NCBI GenBank assembly: GCA_963204975.1
Contig: CAUJJC010000275.1
Location: 5,893 to 69,892, forward strand
Length of the DNA stretch: 64,000 nucleotides
DNA from: Verrucomicrobiota bacterium
GTDB taxonomy: Bacteria > Verrucomicrobiota > Verrucomicrobiia > Verrucomicrobiales > Verrucomicrobiaceae
Direction of reading: 5' to 3'
Part shown: piece by piece, positions 1 to 9,110 of the stretch
How the letters are laid out: the number at the start of each line of letters is the position of its first letter
Position numbering within the stretch: the first letter of the stretch is position 1
Program-made: the position numbers and the translations under genes
The notes under the pieces: model-generated
The model's database searches: none
The model's input: only the letters and a program-made list of their open reading frames with translations
What the model was told of the DNA's origin: nothing

Positions 1-177
1 TCATTCACGATGCACGCCGGCTTCATCCACCCACATCATGAAGTGCTCGCCTTGCCTCGTTACGGCAATCCCTCCGAACCCTGGGAAGTGGAAGCCATGG
101 CCTCGGGCCTCATGGAGCGCCTGCGGCAGTTCCGTCGCGGCCTCGGCTTGCGCTGGAAAAAGGAGGTGGCCGCATGA
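1..177 (+). CDS. 3' end of a CDS truncated by the window edge (product unknown; first visible gene of the polysaccharide operon)
   Basis: Frame 1 is open from nt 1 to TGA at 175-177 (...RLRQFRRGLGLRWKKEVAA*). The stop overlaps the next start as ATGA, the coupling pattern used throughout this operon. Confidence 0.4.
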   Translation, partial: SFTMHAGFIHPHHEVLALPRYGNPSEPWEVEAMASGLMERLRQFRRGLGLRWKKEVAA

Positions 178-1370
178 CCGCCGTGTCCGCCATGCCCGTG
201 CCCGAGGTTCGCGATGCCGCTCCCGCGCGAGCACGCAAGGTGCTGCACTTCATCCCAACGGTAGCGGGTGGAGGTGCCGAAAACTTTTTGCTCAACCTCA
301 TGACTCAGGTGCGTGGTTCGCGCTGGCAGCATGTGGTTCTCGCCGCCTGCGTGCATCCTCACGAGGCACGCGCCGAGCAGCTACGCGCCCTCGGCTGCCG
401 GGTCATTGATCTCAACGAGCCTGCACTCATGAGGGCAAGCCTCTGGAAGGCCGTGCGCCGCACCATCGCCACCGAGGCACCCGATGTGCTGCAAACCTGG
501 ATGCATCATGCCGACCTCATCGGTGCCACGGCCGCTTGGTGCGCAGGCGTTCGCAACATCGTCTGGGGCCTGCGCGCCACCGAGGTGCATCGCAATCCTG
601 GGGACAGCGACCTCAAGACCACGCTCTTCCATCAGGCTCTGCGCTGGGGCTCGAAGGTGCTGCCGTCCAAGATCATCGCGAACTCCACGGCAGCCATCGA
701 CGTTCACTGCGGCATGGGCTTCCCACGCTCGAAGATGGTGTGGATTCCCAATGGGGTAAATGCCACGCGTTTCGTGCCCGATCCTGTGGCTCGTGAGCAA
801 ACTCGCGCCTCGCTCGGCCTTGATCCACAAACGCCGGTAGTCGGCTTCGTCGGTCGCTTTCATCCGGTCAAGGACATCGCCTGCTTCTTCCGTGCAGCGG
901 CTCAGGTTCAGGCCGCCCGACCCGATGTCCATTTTGTGCTAGTCGGAGGCACTCGCGAAGAACTCTACCCCGAAGCCCGCGAGGCCTTCGAGCAACTCCG
1001 CGCCCCCTCCGTTGTCCGCTTTGTCCCGTTCGGCTCAGCCACCGAGAAGTTCTATCCTGCCTTCGATGTCTTCACGTTGTGCTCGAAGTCCGAAGCCTTC
1101 CCCAATGTCGTGCTCGAAGCGATGGCCTGCGGCATTCCCAGCGTCACCACCGATGCCGGCGACTGCACGGCCATGCTGCGCGACCTCGGCAAAGTGGTGC
1201 CCGTGGGCGCTGCCAAGCCTTTGGCCCAGGGCTGGCTGGAGATGCTTTCGCTTGGCTCTGACCAACGCATTGCCCTCGCAGCGAAGTGCCGTTCTCGAGC
1301 CGTGAACGACTACAGCATGGAGCGCGCCGCCCACCACTTCGAGGAGGTCTATGACAGCCTGACGCGCTGA
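174..1370 (+). CDS. Glycosyltransferase, GT-B fold, family 4/GT1-like
   Basis: 398-aa ORF. N-terminal FIPTVAGGGAENFLLNL; C-terminal CSKSEAFPNVVLEAMACGIPSVTTDAGD (E-x7-E-type GT4 motif). Confidence 0.85.
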   Translation: MTAVSAMPVPEVRDAAPARARKVLHFIPTVAGGGAENFLLNLMTQVRGSRWQHVVLAACVHPHEARAEQLRALGCRVIDLNEPALMRASLWKAVRRTIATEAPDVLQTWMHHADLIGATAAWCAGVRNIVWGLRATEVHRNPGDSDLKTTLFHQALRWGSKVLPSKIIANSTAAIDVHCGMGFPRSKMVWIPNGVNATRFVPDPVAREQTRASLGLDPQTPVVGFVGRFHPVKDIACFFRAAAQVQAARPDVHFVLVGGTREELYPEAREAFEQLRAPSVVRFVPFGSATEKFYPAFDVFTLCSKSEAFPNVVLEAMACGIPSVTTDAGDCTAMLRDLGKVVPVGAAKPLAQGWLEMLSLGSDQRIALAAKCRSRAVNDYSMERAAHHFEEVYDSLTR

Positions 1371-1380
1371 TCCTTTCGCC

Positions 1381-3126
1381 ATGCCATCCATCACACCCAT
1401 CGCACTGACCTTGTGCAGCCTCGCCCTCACGGTGACGGCAGCGCCCGAGCTGTGGATGACGCACGCGATGGATCGCGTGTTTCGCGGCACCACTCCCAGC
1501 GCCTGGGATGCCAAGCTCCAGGCAGGCCGTGGCGAGTGGGAGGCCTTGCAGATCATCGTCACCGGATCACCCGAAGAAGTCCGCGAGGCAGTGCTCTCCG
1601 CCGGATGTCTCAGGGGACCCAACGACACGCTCATCCCCGCTCCGGTGCTGCTGCGCGAGCACTACGTGGCCATCACGCAGACCTCCGAATCTTCATCCAT
1701 GGCGGGCGGGATGTATCCTGATGCGCTCGTGCCACAGACCTTCCCCACGCAGGCACTGCCCACGCTGGAACGAGTGAGCCAGCCATTCTGGGTGGATGTG
1801 TATGTGCCGCCCGATGCGAAGCCTGGGGACTACTCGGGCACGCTGACGATCACTCTGCCGGACGGGCAAAAACTCACGCGCGATTACTCGCTGCATGTGT
1901 GGGACTTCCAGATGCCTCGCCTGCCCACGCTGAAGTCCTCCATCTTCGTCACCTGGCGTCGCCTGGCGAAGATTCATGGCTTTGACGACAGCGGCTCCAC
2001 GGCTCCGCCGCCGCTTCAGAAGATCCTCAATGATTACTACGATATGCTCGTGGATCACCGGCTCAGCCCGCATGAAGTCTGGGCCACGTATCCCGACGGC
2101 ACTGATCCTCTGAGTGAGGAGAGTTTCGCCCACATGGAGCACGCACTGCGCGAGCATCTGCTGCATCGGCAAGCCGGGACCATCGGCCTGCCCTTGTGGC
2201 TCACCTGGCCCGTCGGTGATCCGTTGGGCAAGGACCGCAAGGCAGCGCTCGCGTATGCAGCACGCTGGTTCCAGATCTGCCAGAAGCTCGGCTGCGCTGA
2301 CCGGCTCTACAAGATCTTCGGCGAACTCGATGAGCCCAATTCCGCCGCGAAGTATGCCGAGGTGCGCGAATGGGGTCAGTTCTTCAAGGAACTCCGCGAG
2401 CGCCACAACGCGAACATCCCGCTGCTCATCACCGAACAACCTTGGCCAGACAACAAAGACTGGGGAACGCTCGATGGCAGTGTCAACATTTGGACCGCGC
2501 ATGTCAGCGATGTGTGGCGGGACCTCGAAGCCCCCAATGCCCCACGTCACATCGCTAAACGTCTCGCCGCTGGTGAGGAGGTCTGGACCTACACCGCGCT
2601 CGTGCAGACGCCGGCGGAGTGGCGCGCTGCTCATGGCAATCCGAAGCGCCTCGCAACGGGTCAACCTCCCGTGTGGCTGACCGACTTCCCAGCGATGAAC
2701 TACCGCATCCTTGGCTGGCTGGCACCGCAGCATGGCATCACCGGATTGACCTACTGGGACACCTCGTTCTGGAAAGGCGACGACTTCGATCCCTGGGCCA
2801 ACAATGGCACCTACCCGCATGACAACGATGAGGTTTACAATGGTGACGGCTTCCTCCTCTACCCCGCACGTCAGGAACGCCACGGACGTGAAGGCCCGGT
2901 CGCCTCGATCCGCCTGAAGTGGATTCGCGAGAGCATGGATGACCACGACTACATCGCGCTGATGGCCAAGCATGGGTTCAAGAAGACCGCCCTCGACACG
3001 GCACAAACATTTGCCCGCGGCTTCGGCGACTGGGATGACCGGCCCGAGGCTCTTTATCAGGCCCGCGAAGAGATCGGGAACAGCCTCGAAAAGCTCGCCT
3101 CCAAACACCTCTCCACCAACCCATGA
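1381..3126 (+). CDS. Secreted DUF4091-like (GH123-like) protein
   Basis: 581-aa ORF with a signal peptide (MPSITPIALTLCSLALTVTAAPE). Has HVWDFQMP and a C-terminal NYRILGWLAPQHGITGLTYWDTSFW pattern that I recall from DUF4091. Confidence 0.55.
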   Translation: MPSITPIALTLCSLALTVTAAPELWMTHAMDRVFRGTTPSAWDAKLQAGRGEWEALQIIVTGSPEEVREAVLSAGCLRGPNDTLIPAPVLLREHYVAITQTSESSSMAGGMYPDALVPQTFPTQALPTLERVSQPFWVDVYVPPDAKPGDYSGTLTITLPDGQKLTRDYSLHVWDFQMPRLPTLKSSIFVTWRRLAKIHGFDDSGSTAPPPLQKILNDYYDMLVDHRLSPHEVWATYPDGTDPLSEESFAHMEHALREHLLHRQAGTIGLPLWLTWPVGDPLGKDRKAALAYAARWFQICQKLGCADRLYKIFGELDEPNSAAKYAEVREWGQFFKELRERHNANIPLLITEQPWPDNKDWGTLDGSVNIWTAHVSDVWRDLEAPNAPRHIAKRLAAGEEVWTYTALVQTPAEWRAAHGNPKRLATGQPPVWLTDFPAMNYRILGWLAPQHGITGLTYWDTSFWKGDDFDPWANNGTYPHDNDEVYNGDGFLLYPARQERHGREGPVASIRLKWIRESMDDHDYIALMAKHGFKKTALDTAQTFARGFGDWDDRPEALYQAREEIGNSLEKLASKHLSTNP

Positions 3127-4319
3127 CCACCGTTCTCACAACGCGTTCGCCAGTGATCTGCCCCGACCTGACCAAGGCCGCCGCCAGTCGCCTGGAGCCG
3201 CGCCTTGTCACCACAGAGGCCGGTCTGCGCGCCCTGCAGCCGCACTGGGATTCGCTGCTGGAGCAGAGCGCCACGCGCACGCCATTCATGACGTGGGACT
3301 GGATCAGCCTCTGGTGGGAGCAGCATCGTGGATCGTGCCAGCTCTGCACCGCTGTGATCGACGATCCCGTCACGGGCAAGCCGCTGGCCATCGCCCCGCT
3401 CATGATTGGCCGACCACGCCAGGGATTTCGCCGCAGCCTGCGTCACCTCAGTTTCATTGGTGGCATCGGCGAGGATGCCTCCCAGGGCATGGATTTCCTG
3501 GTGCCGGAGGGATTGGAAGAAAAGCTCACTCCGCGCCTCTGCCGTGTCTTCCATCGCGCAGTGCTGCGCTGGGATGCCATCGACCTTCCCGCCGTTCACG
3601 CCGAATCGCCAAACCTCCCACACTTCCGCACCGCCTTGAGTCGTTTCGCTCAGAGTGGGGAACGCACACCGCCACAGGAATCACTGCTCATGTCCCTGCC
3701 CGGCACCTGGGATGAGCCCATGAAAACCTGGAAGGCCAAGCGCCGCGCCATGTTCCGTGCGAGTTGGCGCAAGGTGATGGACGAGCACCAGGGACGAACT
3801 CTGCAAGGCGGCATCGATCTGCCCGCAGGCGCTGCATTTGACGAACTCTGGCGTCTGCACTCGCTGCGCTTCGAAGGACGCCACAGCATGTTCCTCAATC
3901 CTAGGATGCGCGCTCTCCACCAGTCGCTGGTGCAGCGCTGGGCTCCTTCAGGACGAGCCATGCTGCCCGTGATCGAAGCCCAGGGCCAAATCGTCGCCGC
4001 CCGCTATGGCTTCGCCTTTGACGGCAAGTTCTGGAGCTATCAGACCGGCTTTGATCCCTCGTTCTCCAAGTATTCCGTGGGCACGCTCTCGCTGGGCTGG
4101 GCTGCTCAATGCGCCGTCCAGCGCGGCCTCACGGAGATCGACCACATGCCCGGTGATGCCCGCTACAAGACCGAATGGTCCACGCATCGTCGAATCGTCC
4201 ACAACCTGGAGGCCTTCAATCGCCTCAGCCTCACGGCCACTTTCTTCCGATTGCTGCGCGCCTTCAGCCGCAATCGCACCCCTGCCACCGCTGCCCCCTC
4301 TTCGGAGGACGCCGAATGA
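3123..4319 (+). CDS. CelD/BioF2/FemAB-like GNAT acyltransferase (Acetyltransf_6-like)
   Basis: 398-aa ORF. Has the LQPHWDSLLEQSATRTPFMTWDW..WW motif typical of CelD-like proteins in EPS loci. ATGA overlaps at both ends. Confidence 0.65.
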   Translation: MTTVLTTRSPVICPDLTKAAASRLEPRLVTTEAGLRALQPHWDSLLEQSATRTPFMTWDWISLWWEQHRGSCQLCTAVIDDPVTGKPLAIAPLMIGRPRQGFRRSLRHLSFIGGIGEDASQGMDFLVPEGLEEKLTPRLCRVFHRAVLRWDAIDLPAVHAESPNLPHFRTALSRFAQSGERTPPQESLLMSLPGTWDEPMKTWKAKRRAMFRASWRKVMDEHQGRTLQGGIDLPAGAAFDELWRLHSLRFEGRHSMFLNPRMRALHQSLVQRWAPSGRAMLPVIEAQGQIVAARYGFAFDGKFWSYQTGFDPSFSKYSVGTLSLGWAAQCAVQRGLTEIDHMPGDARYKTEWSTHRRIVHNLEAFNRLSLTATFFRLLRAFSRNRTPATAAPSSEDAE

Positions 4320-5464
4320 AACCCTCTGTGCCCAACCTCGAAATCATCCGCGACGAAGCCGCCTTCCTCGCGCTCGAACCCCACTGGGAGCGCCTCCATG
4401 AGGCCTCTGCGGTGCATACACCCTTCCGCACCTGGGACTGGAGCCGCCTCTGGTGGAAGCACTACCGTGATCGCTGCCAGCTCCGCATTGGTGTGCTGCG
4501 CGATGCCACTGGCATACCACAGGCCATCGCACCCTTCGTGCTCGGTCGCGAAGAATCGTCTGCACGCCATCACCTGCGCTACCTCTCGCTTCTGGGCGGC
4601 CTGGGCGAAGTCGTGTCCGAGGGGCTCGATTTCTTCGTTCCCGCCGGTCAGGAAGCCGCTTTGATTCCAGCCTTCGCTCCGCTGCTCAAGCAGACTCGCT
4701 CCGAGTGGGATCTGGTAGATCTGCCGATGCTTCAGGAAGACTCGCCGAGCATTCCGCACCTTAGGAAGTTGATTGGCACCACCGGACGCACTGGTGAACG
4801 CTCCGTGCCCCAGGAAGACTTCATCCTCGCCCTGCCTTCGACGTGGGATGAATTGCTCGGCTCGCTCTCTGGCAACCGCCGCAGCGACTACCGCTCCAAG
4901 TGGAAAAAACTCGTCTCCCGTCATGCAGGTCGTGGCCTCATCGTCAGCAGTGAGCAGCCATTGGCTGAAGCCTTCGATGAACTCGTGCGCCTTCACCGCA
5001 TGAGATTCACCGAGGAGGAAAGCAGCTTCCTCTCGCCCACAGCCCTCGCCTTTCACCGTGATCTGTCCGCCCTCTGGCTGCCCGCAGGCAAGCTCATGAT
5101 CACCATGCTGGAAGCCGATGGCCGTCCCGCATCCGTCCGCTATGGACTGATTTTTGGAGGTCGCTACTGGGACTACCAATCCGGCTACGACTCCCAATAC
5201 GGAGCCCTCTCCCTGGGCAATCTGAACGTCGGCTGGACCGCCCAGTGCGCCATGGAACGCGGCCTCACTGAATACGATCACCTCGCCGGTGACCTGCCCT
5301 ACAAGCGCGTGTGGTCCACCCGCAGCCGCCGCCTGCTCCACCTTGAATCCTTCAACAGCCGCAGCCCCCGCTCGCTCGTCTTTCGCCTCGCACGCAAAGC
5401 CAAGCGCCTCGTCGCACGCCGCCAGGAACTGAAGGCCGCCACCCAACTCATTACCCCTGCATGA
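4316..5464 (+). CDS. CelD/BioF2/FemAB-like GNAT acyltransferase, tandem paralog
   Basis: Start set at ATG 4316 (MKPSVPNLEI...), which overlaps the upstream stop as ATGA. About 45% identity by eye to the 3123-4319 product (LEPHWERLHEASAVHTPFRTWDW..WW). Confidence 0.65.
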   Translation: MKPSVPNLEIIRDEAAFLALEPHWERLHEASAVHTPFRTWDWSRLWWKHYRDRCQLRIGVLRDATGIPQAIAPFVLGREESSARHHLRYLSLLGGLGEVVSEGLDFFVPAGQEAALIPAFAPLLKQTRSEWDLVDLPMLQEDSPSIPHLRKLIGTTGRTGERSVPQEDFILALPSTWDELLGSLSGNRRSDYRSKWKKLVSRHAGRGLIVSSEQPLAEAFDELVRLHRMRFTEEESSFLSPTALAFHRDLSALWLPAGKLMITMLEADGRPASVRYGLIFGGRYWDYQSGYDSQYGALSLGNLNVGWTAQCAMERGLTEYDHLAGDLPYKRVWSTRSRRLLHLESFNSRSPRSLVFRLARKAKRLVARRQELKAATQLITPA

Positions 5465-6699
5465 AAATCGTCGTCCTCACCGCTGATGCGAACACGCTCG
5501 TCTATCATCGTGGCGATCTGATCCGCGACCTTGCACACGCTGGTTGCGAAGTGGTCACCAGCGCCGCCGAGGACTACCCGCATGTGCGCCAATTCGTCGA
5601 GAGCTTCGGGGCACGCCATCGTGCCATCCGCATGGTGCGCAGTCGCGTGAACTTGCTCAGCGACATCGACACCTTCATCGACATGTGGCGGCTCTTCCGT
5701 AGCGAGCGCCCGGACGCGCTCTTCGCCTACACGATCAAGTCCGTCGTCTATGGCTGCGTCGTCGCCGCCCTCGCCGGAGTGCCGCGCATTTACGCCCTGC
5801 TGCCCGGCCTCGGCTTCACCTTCGTCAAGCCGGAGACCTTCAAGCAAAAGGTCGTCAGCGCCATCTCCGTGTGGCTGCATCGCTTCGCGCTCAAGCGCGC
5901 CGACGTGATCTTCATGCAGAACGAAGACGATCATCGACTGCTGACGGAACTGAAGATCCTCCCACCCAAAGTGCCCGCCTTCGTCACCGCAGGCTCGGGG
6001 GTAAACGTCGATGAATTTCCCTTCGTTCCGCTCGAAAACGATCCCGCCATTGCCGAAGGCAAAGTGCGCTTCACCCTCGTCAGCCGCCTGCTCATCAGCA
6101 AGGGTGTGGTCGTCTTCGCCGAGGCAGCGCGCCGCATCCGGCAAAAGTATCCCCAGGCCGAGTTCCATCTCATTGGCCCCTTCGATCCCAACCCCAACCG
6201 CGTCTCCGAAGAGCAGGTGCAAGGCTGGGTCGCGGAAGGCATCCTCACCCATCACGGCATGATCCGCGATGTGGCCGCCGCTCTCCGTGACAAGCATGTC
6301 TTCTGCCTGCCCACCTGGTATCGCGAGGGCGTGCCGCACGCCACGCTGGAAGCCCTCTCAATGGGTAAACCCGTCATCACCACCGACAGCGTTGGCGCAC
6401 GGGAGTGTGTTCGGCTCACCTCCGAAGGCGAAGCCCAGCGAGCAGCAAATGCACCACTGCGCGAGGGCAGCAATGGCTTCCTGGTGGAGCCTCGCAACGT
6501 CGATGCCGTCGTCCGCGCCATGGAGTTCTACTTGCAGCATCCAGACCAGATTGCTCCGCACGGACGCGCCAGCCGCGAACTGGCCGAGGAGGTCTTCGAT
6601 GTGAAGATCGTCAATGCGCTCATCCTTCGCGAGATGGGACTCACTCAAAAGTCCTCTCACGCTCAACCATCTACCAGCCGCGTCGTCGTCCCCGCATGA
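5461..6699 (+). CDS. Glycosyltransferase family 4 (Glyco_trans_4_2-like N-terminus)
   Basis: 412-aa ORF. MKIVVLTADANTLVYHRGDLI N-terminus; REGVPHATLEALSMGKPVITTD GT-B C-terminal motif. Confidence 0.85.
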   Translation: MKIVVLTADANTLVYHRGDLIRDLAHAGCEVVTSAAEDYPHVRQFVESFGARHRAIRMVRSRVNLLSDIDTFIDMWRLFRSERPDALFAYTIKSVVYGCVVAALAGVPRIYALLPGLGFTFVKPETFKQKVVSAISVWLHRFALKRADVIFMQNEDDHRLLTELKILPPKVPAFVTAGSGVNVDEFPFVPLENDPAIAEGKVRFTLVSRLLISKGVVVFAEAARRIRQKYPQAEFHLIGPFDPNPNRVSEEQVQGWVAEGILTHHGMIRDVAAALRDKHVFCLPTWYREGVPHATLEALSMGKPVITTDSVGARECVRLTSEGEAQRAANAPLREGSNGFLVEPRNVDAVVRAMEFYLQHPDQIAPHGRASRELAEEVFDVKIVNALILREMGLTQKSSHAQPSTSRVVVPA

Positions 6700-9107
6700 C
6701 CACCGTCCAGCCTCCACCCGCCATGCATTGGGAAAATTCCATCGTCCCCGCCGCTCCCCCATCGGGAGCCCTCGTGCCTATCGAAGCTCAGCGATCCACG
6801 ATGCCCTTGCAGCCCTACGTCCCGCCGCAGCAGCACTACTATATGCCGCCGCCGATGATGCACATGCCTCATCCGGTGCCTCCACCTCCTCCTGCACAGC
6901 CCGAGACCATCGTCAGCGTCGCCGACATCATTGGCTACCTCACTACCTACTGGAAGCGCGGCATCGCCATCGCCATCCCCCTCGCGGCCCTCACCTTCTA
7001 CTTCCTTGGCTTCGGCAAGAAAGTCTATGAAGCCGAGGCCATGCTCCAGGTTTCCATCCAGGAAAACGCCCTGCTCAAAATGGACAAAAATCAGGGCGGC
7101 GGCCTTTCGGAACTCAGCGCCGTGCAGATCATCAACAATCACCGCACCGGCCTCAAGACGCGCCGTTACATCGACTATCTCTACCAGCGCTTCCCCGCCG
7201 AGCAGCGCAGCGCCTACCTCGAAGGCATGGGTGCGCTTGGCTTGCGCGGGCGCATTTTCATCGCGCTTGGATTAAAATCTCCACCGCGCGCTCTGCCACC
7301 TGAGGACATCTTCGCCGACAAGCTCGAAGACCACGTCCGCATTGAGCCCGTCAAGGAATCCCACGTCCTCCGCATCATCGTCACCGATGGCGATCCCCAC
7401 ATGGCCGCAGACCTCGCCAATCGCTACGCGCAGGATTACATCGAATACGTGGCTAATGACAGCGTGCAGGACGCCAGGGCCGCCTTTGAGCAGCTCACGC
7501 TCAAAACTGCGGATGCGAAGGTCAACCTCGACAAAGCGGAGGCCGCTCTTGCGGAGTTCAATCAAAAGGCCGACCTCCTCAAAGGCGGCGACACGAATGA
7601 TCTCTCCACCATGCGCGCCGAGAATCTCGAACGCGCACGCGCCGAGGTGGAAGTCTCCCTGCTCCGCGCCCAGGAGCGTCTGCGCCAGCTTCAAGCTGCC
7701 AAGGCCAGCGGGCAGGACCTCGCAGGCATTCGATCATCGTCAGCGACGGGTGCAGCCGACCAGGGCAACGAGACCCAGCGCAAGCTGATCGAAGCCAAGT
7801 CCAAGCGTGACAGCTTGTTGGAGTTCTGCGGTCCCCGTCACCCCAAGCTGATGCAGGCCACCCGCGAGATTGATCGTCTCGAAACCGACATCATGCAGTC
7901 CGCCGAAGGCGATGAGCAGCGCCTGCGCAGCGAACTTGATCGCCTCACCGAAGCCATGTCAGGAGCCCGTGGCGAGGCCTTCGACAAGAGCGCCAACCGC
8001 ATCCGCCAGAAGCAGCTGCGTGACGAAGTGGAAGGCCTCCGCGCCTTGCACACGGAACTCAGCCAGCATCAGGATCGTGCCCGCCTACTGAGCGAACTGC
8101 GCAGCAATGGCAACCTGAGCGTGAAGGATGTGGCCATCGCACCCGAAGCACCTATCTCACCCAAAAAATCACTCGCACTCGTCGCCGCCATGATGGTCTT
8201 CGGGCTCGCCAGCCTGGGAGTTCCCGTGAGCACCGGCTTGGCCAAAGATCACCTCCTTCCCCACCTCACCAAGGCCGCCGCCACCGCGAGGAACAAGGCC
8301 GAGACAGCTCCGTCCCCAGCCGCACCTCCAGCTCCACCGGCCCAGCCTTCGCCGCCTCCGCAGAACTACGCTCCGCCACCTCAGCCCATGTATGCGACAC
8401 CGCCACCACCGATGCTCTCGGAGCATGGCAGTCACAATGCCCAGGTGCTGGCCTCCATCCCTGAACTCATGGCCGGCGAGGGACCCATCCAGTTAAGCGA
8501 ACTGCTTCATCCCAGCCCGATCAGCGGCGGCAATGCGATTTCACAAATCACCAGCGTGCTGGAGCAGCAGCGTCTTCAGCGTCGCTGCACGGGCGTCATC
8601 CTGATCACCAGCGCTTACACGGGTGAAGGCAAGAGCCTGCTGGCCTCCGCCTTGTCCGCAGCCCTCTGCACGCTCGGCCGCAGTGTCTTCCTCATGGAGT
8701 GCAATCCCGCCGCTCCGAGCATCCAAAACTGGTTCCCCCAAGCCGGTGCCTACAGCTCCTGGTCGCACGACCTCGAGACGCTGCGCTACGGTCACTCCAA
8801 TCTGTTCCTGCTGCCCGCGCACGATCTGCCCTCGTATGAGATGACCGATCTCCTCGACGGCTACCGCGCCTGGATTGGCCGTGCGCAGTCCATGCAGCTC
8901 GACTGGATCATCCTCGACTCGGCCTCGCTCCTGCGCGGCTTCGCCGATGTGGCTCAATTGACCCCGATGGCCACGGACATCTTGTTTGTTCACGACGCCA
9001 CGATCAGCAACGCGGAACAAGTCAAAGCCGCGCTCAACCTCCTGCGTCCCCTCGCCCAACAAGGCCAGATGCGCGGCATGGTGCTGAACCGCGTGGAGTC
9101 AAATTAG
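6696..9107 (+). CDS. Polysaccharide chain-length determinant (Wzz/GumC-like) fused to a P-loop BY-kinase-like ATPase domain
   Basis: Start set at ATG 6696 (ATGA overlap with the upstream gene). Two TM segments flank a long coiled-coil region. C-terminal Walker A SAYTGEGKS and WIILDSAS. Two Pro-rich tracts. Confidence 0.75.
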   Translation: MTTVQPPPAMHWENSIVPAAPPSGALVPIEAQRSTMPLQPYVPPQQHYYMPPPMMHMPHPVPPPPPAQPETIVSVADIIGYLTTYWKRGIAIAIPLAALTFYFLGFGKKVYEAEAMLQVSIQENALLKMDKNQGGGLSELSAVQIINNHRTGLKTRRYIDYLYQRFPAEQRSAYLEGMGALGLRGRIFIALGLKSPPRALPPEDIFADKLEDHVRIEPVKESHVLRIIVTDGDPHMAADLANRYAQDYIEYVANDSVQDARAAFEQLTLKTADAKVNLDKAEAALAEFNQKADLLKGGDTNDLSTMRAENLERARAEVEVSLLRAQERLRQLQAAKASGQDLAGIRSSSATGAADQGNETQRKLIEAKSKRDSLLEFCGPRHPKLMQATREIDRLETDIMQSAEGDEQRLRSELDRLTEAMSGARGEAFDKSANRIRQKQLRDEVEGLRALHTELSQHQDRARLLSELRSNGNLSVKDVAIAPEAPISPKKSLALVAAMMVFGLASLGVPVSTGLAKDHLLPHLTKAAATARNKAETAPSPAAPPAPPAQPSPPPQNYAPPPQPMYATPPPPMLSEHGSHNAQVLASIPELMAGEGPIQLSELLHPSPISGGNAISQITSVLEQQRLQRRCTGVILITSAYTGEGKSLLASALSAALCTLGRSVFLMECNPAAPSIQNWFPQAGAYSSWSHDLETLRYGHSNLFLLPAHDLPSYEMTDLLDGYRAWIGRAQSMQLDWIILDSASLLRGFADVAQLTPMATDILFVHDATISNAEQVKAALNLLRPLAQQGQMRGMVLNRVESN

Positions 9108-9110
9108 CGC

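Noticed and set aside
6405-6695. N-terminal extension of the Wzz/GumC ORF (the track start is at 6405).
   Set aside because: The extension overlaps the 3' end of the upstream GT4 gene and is Arg-rich nonsense. ATG 6696 gives the ATGA coupling seen throughout the operon.
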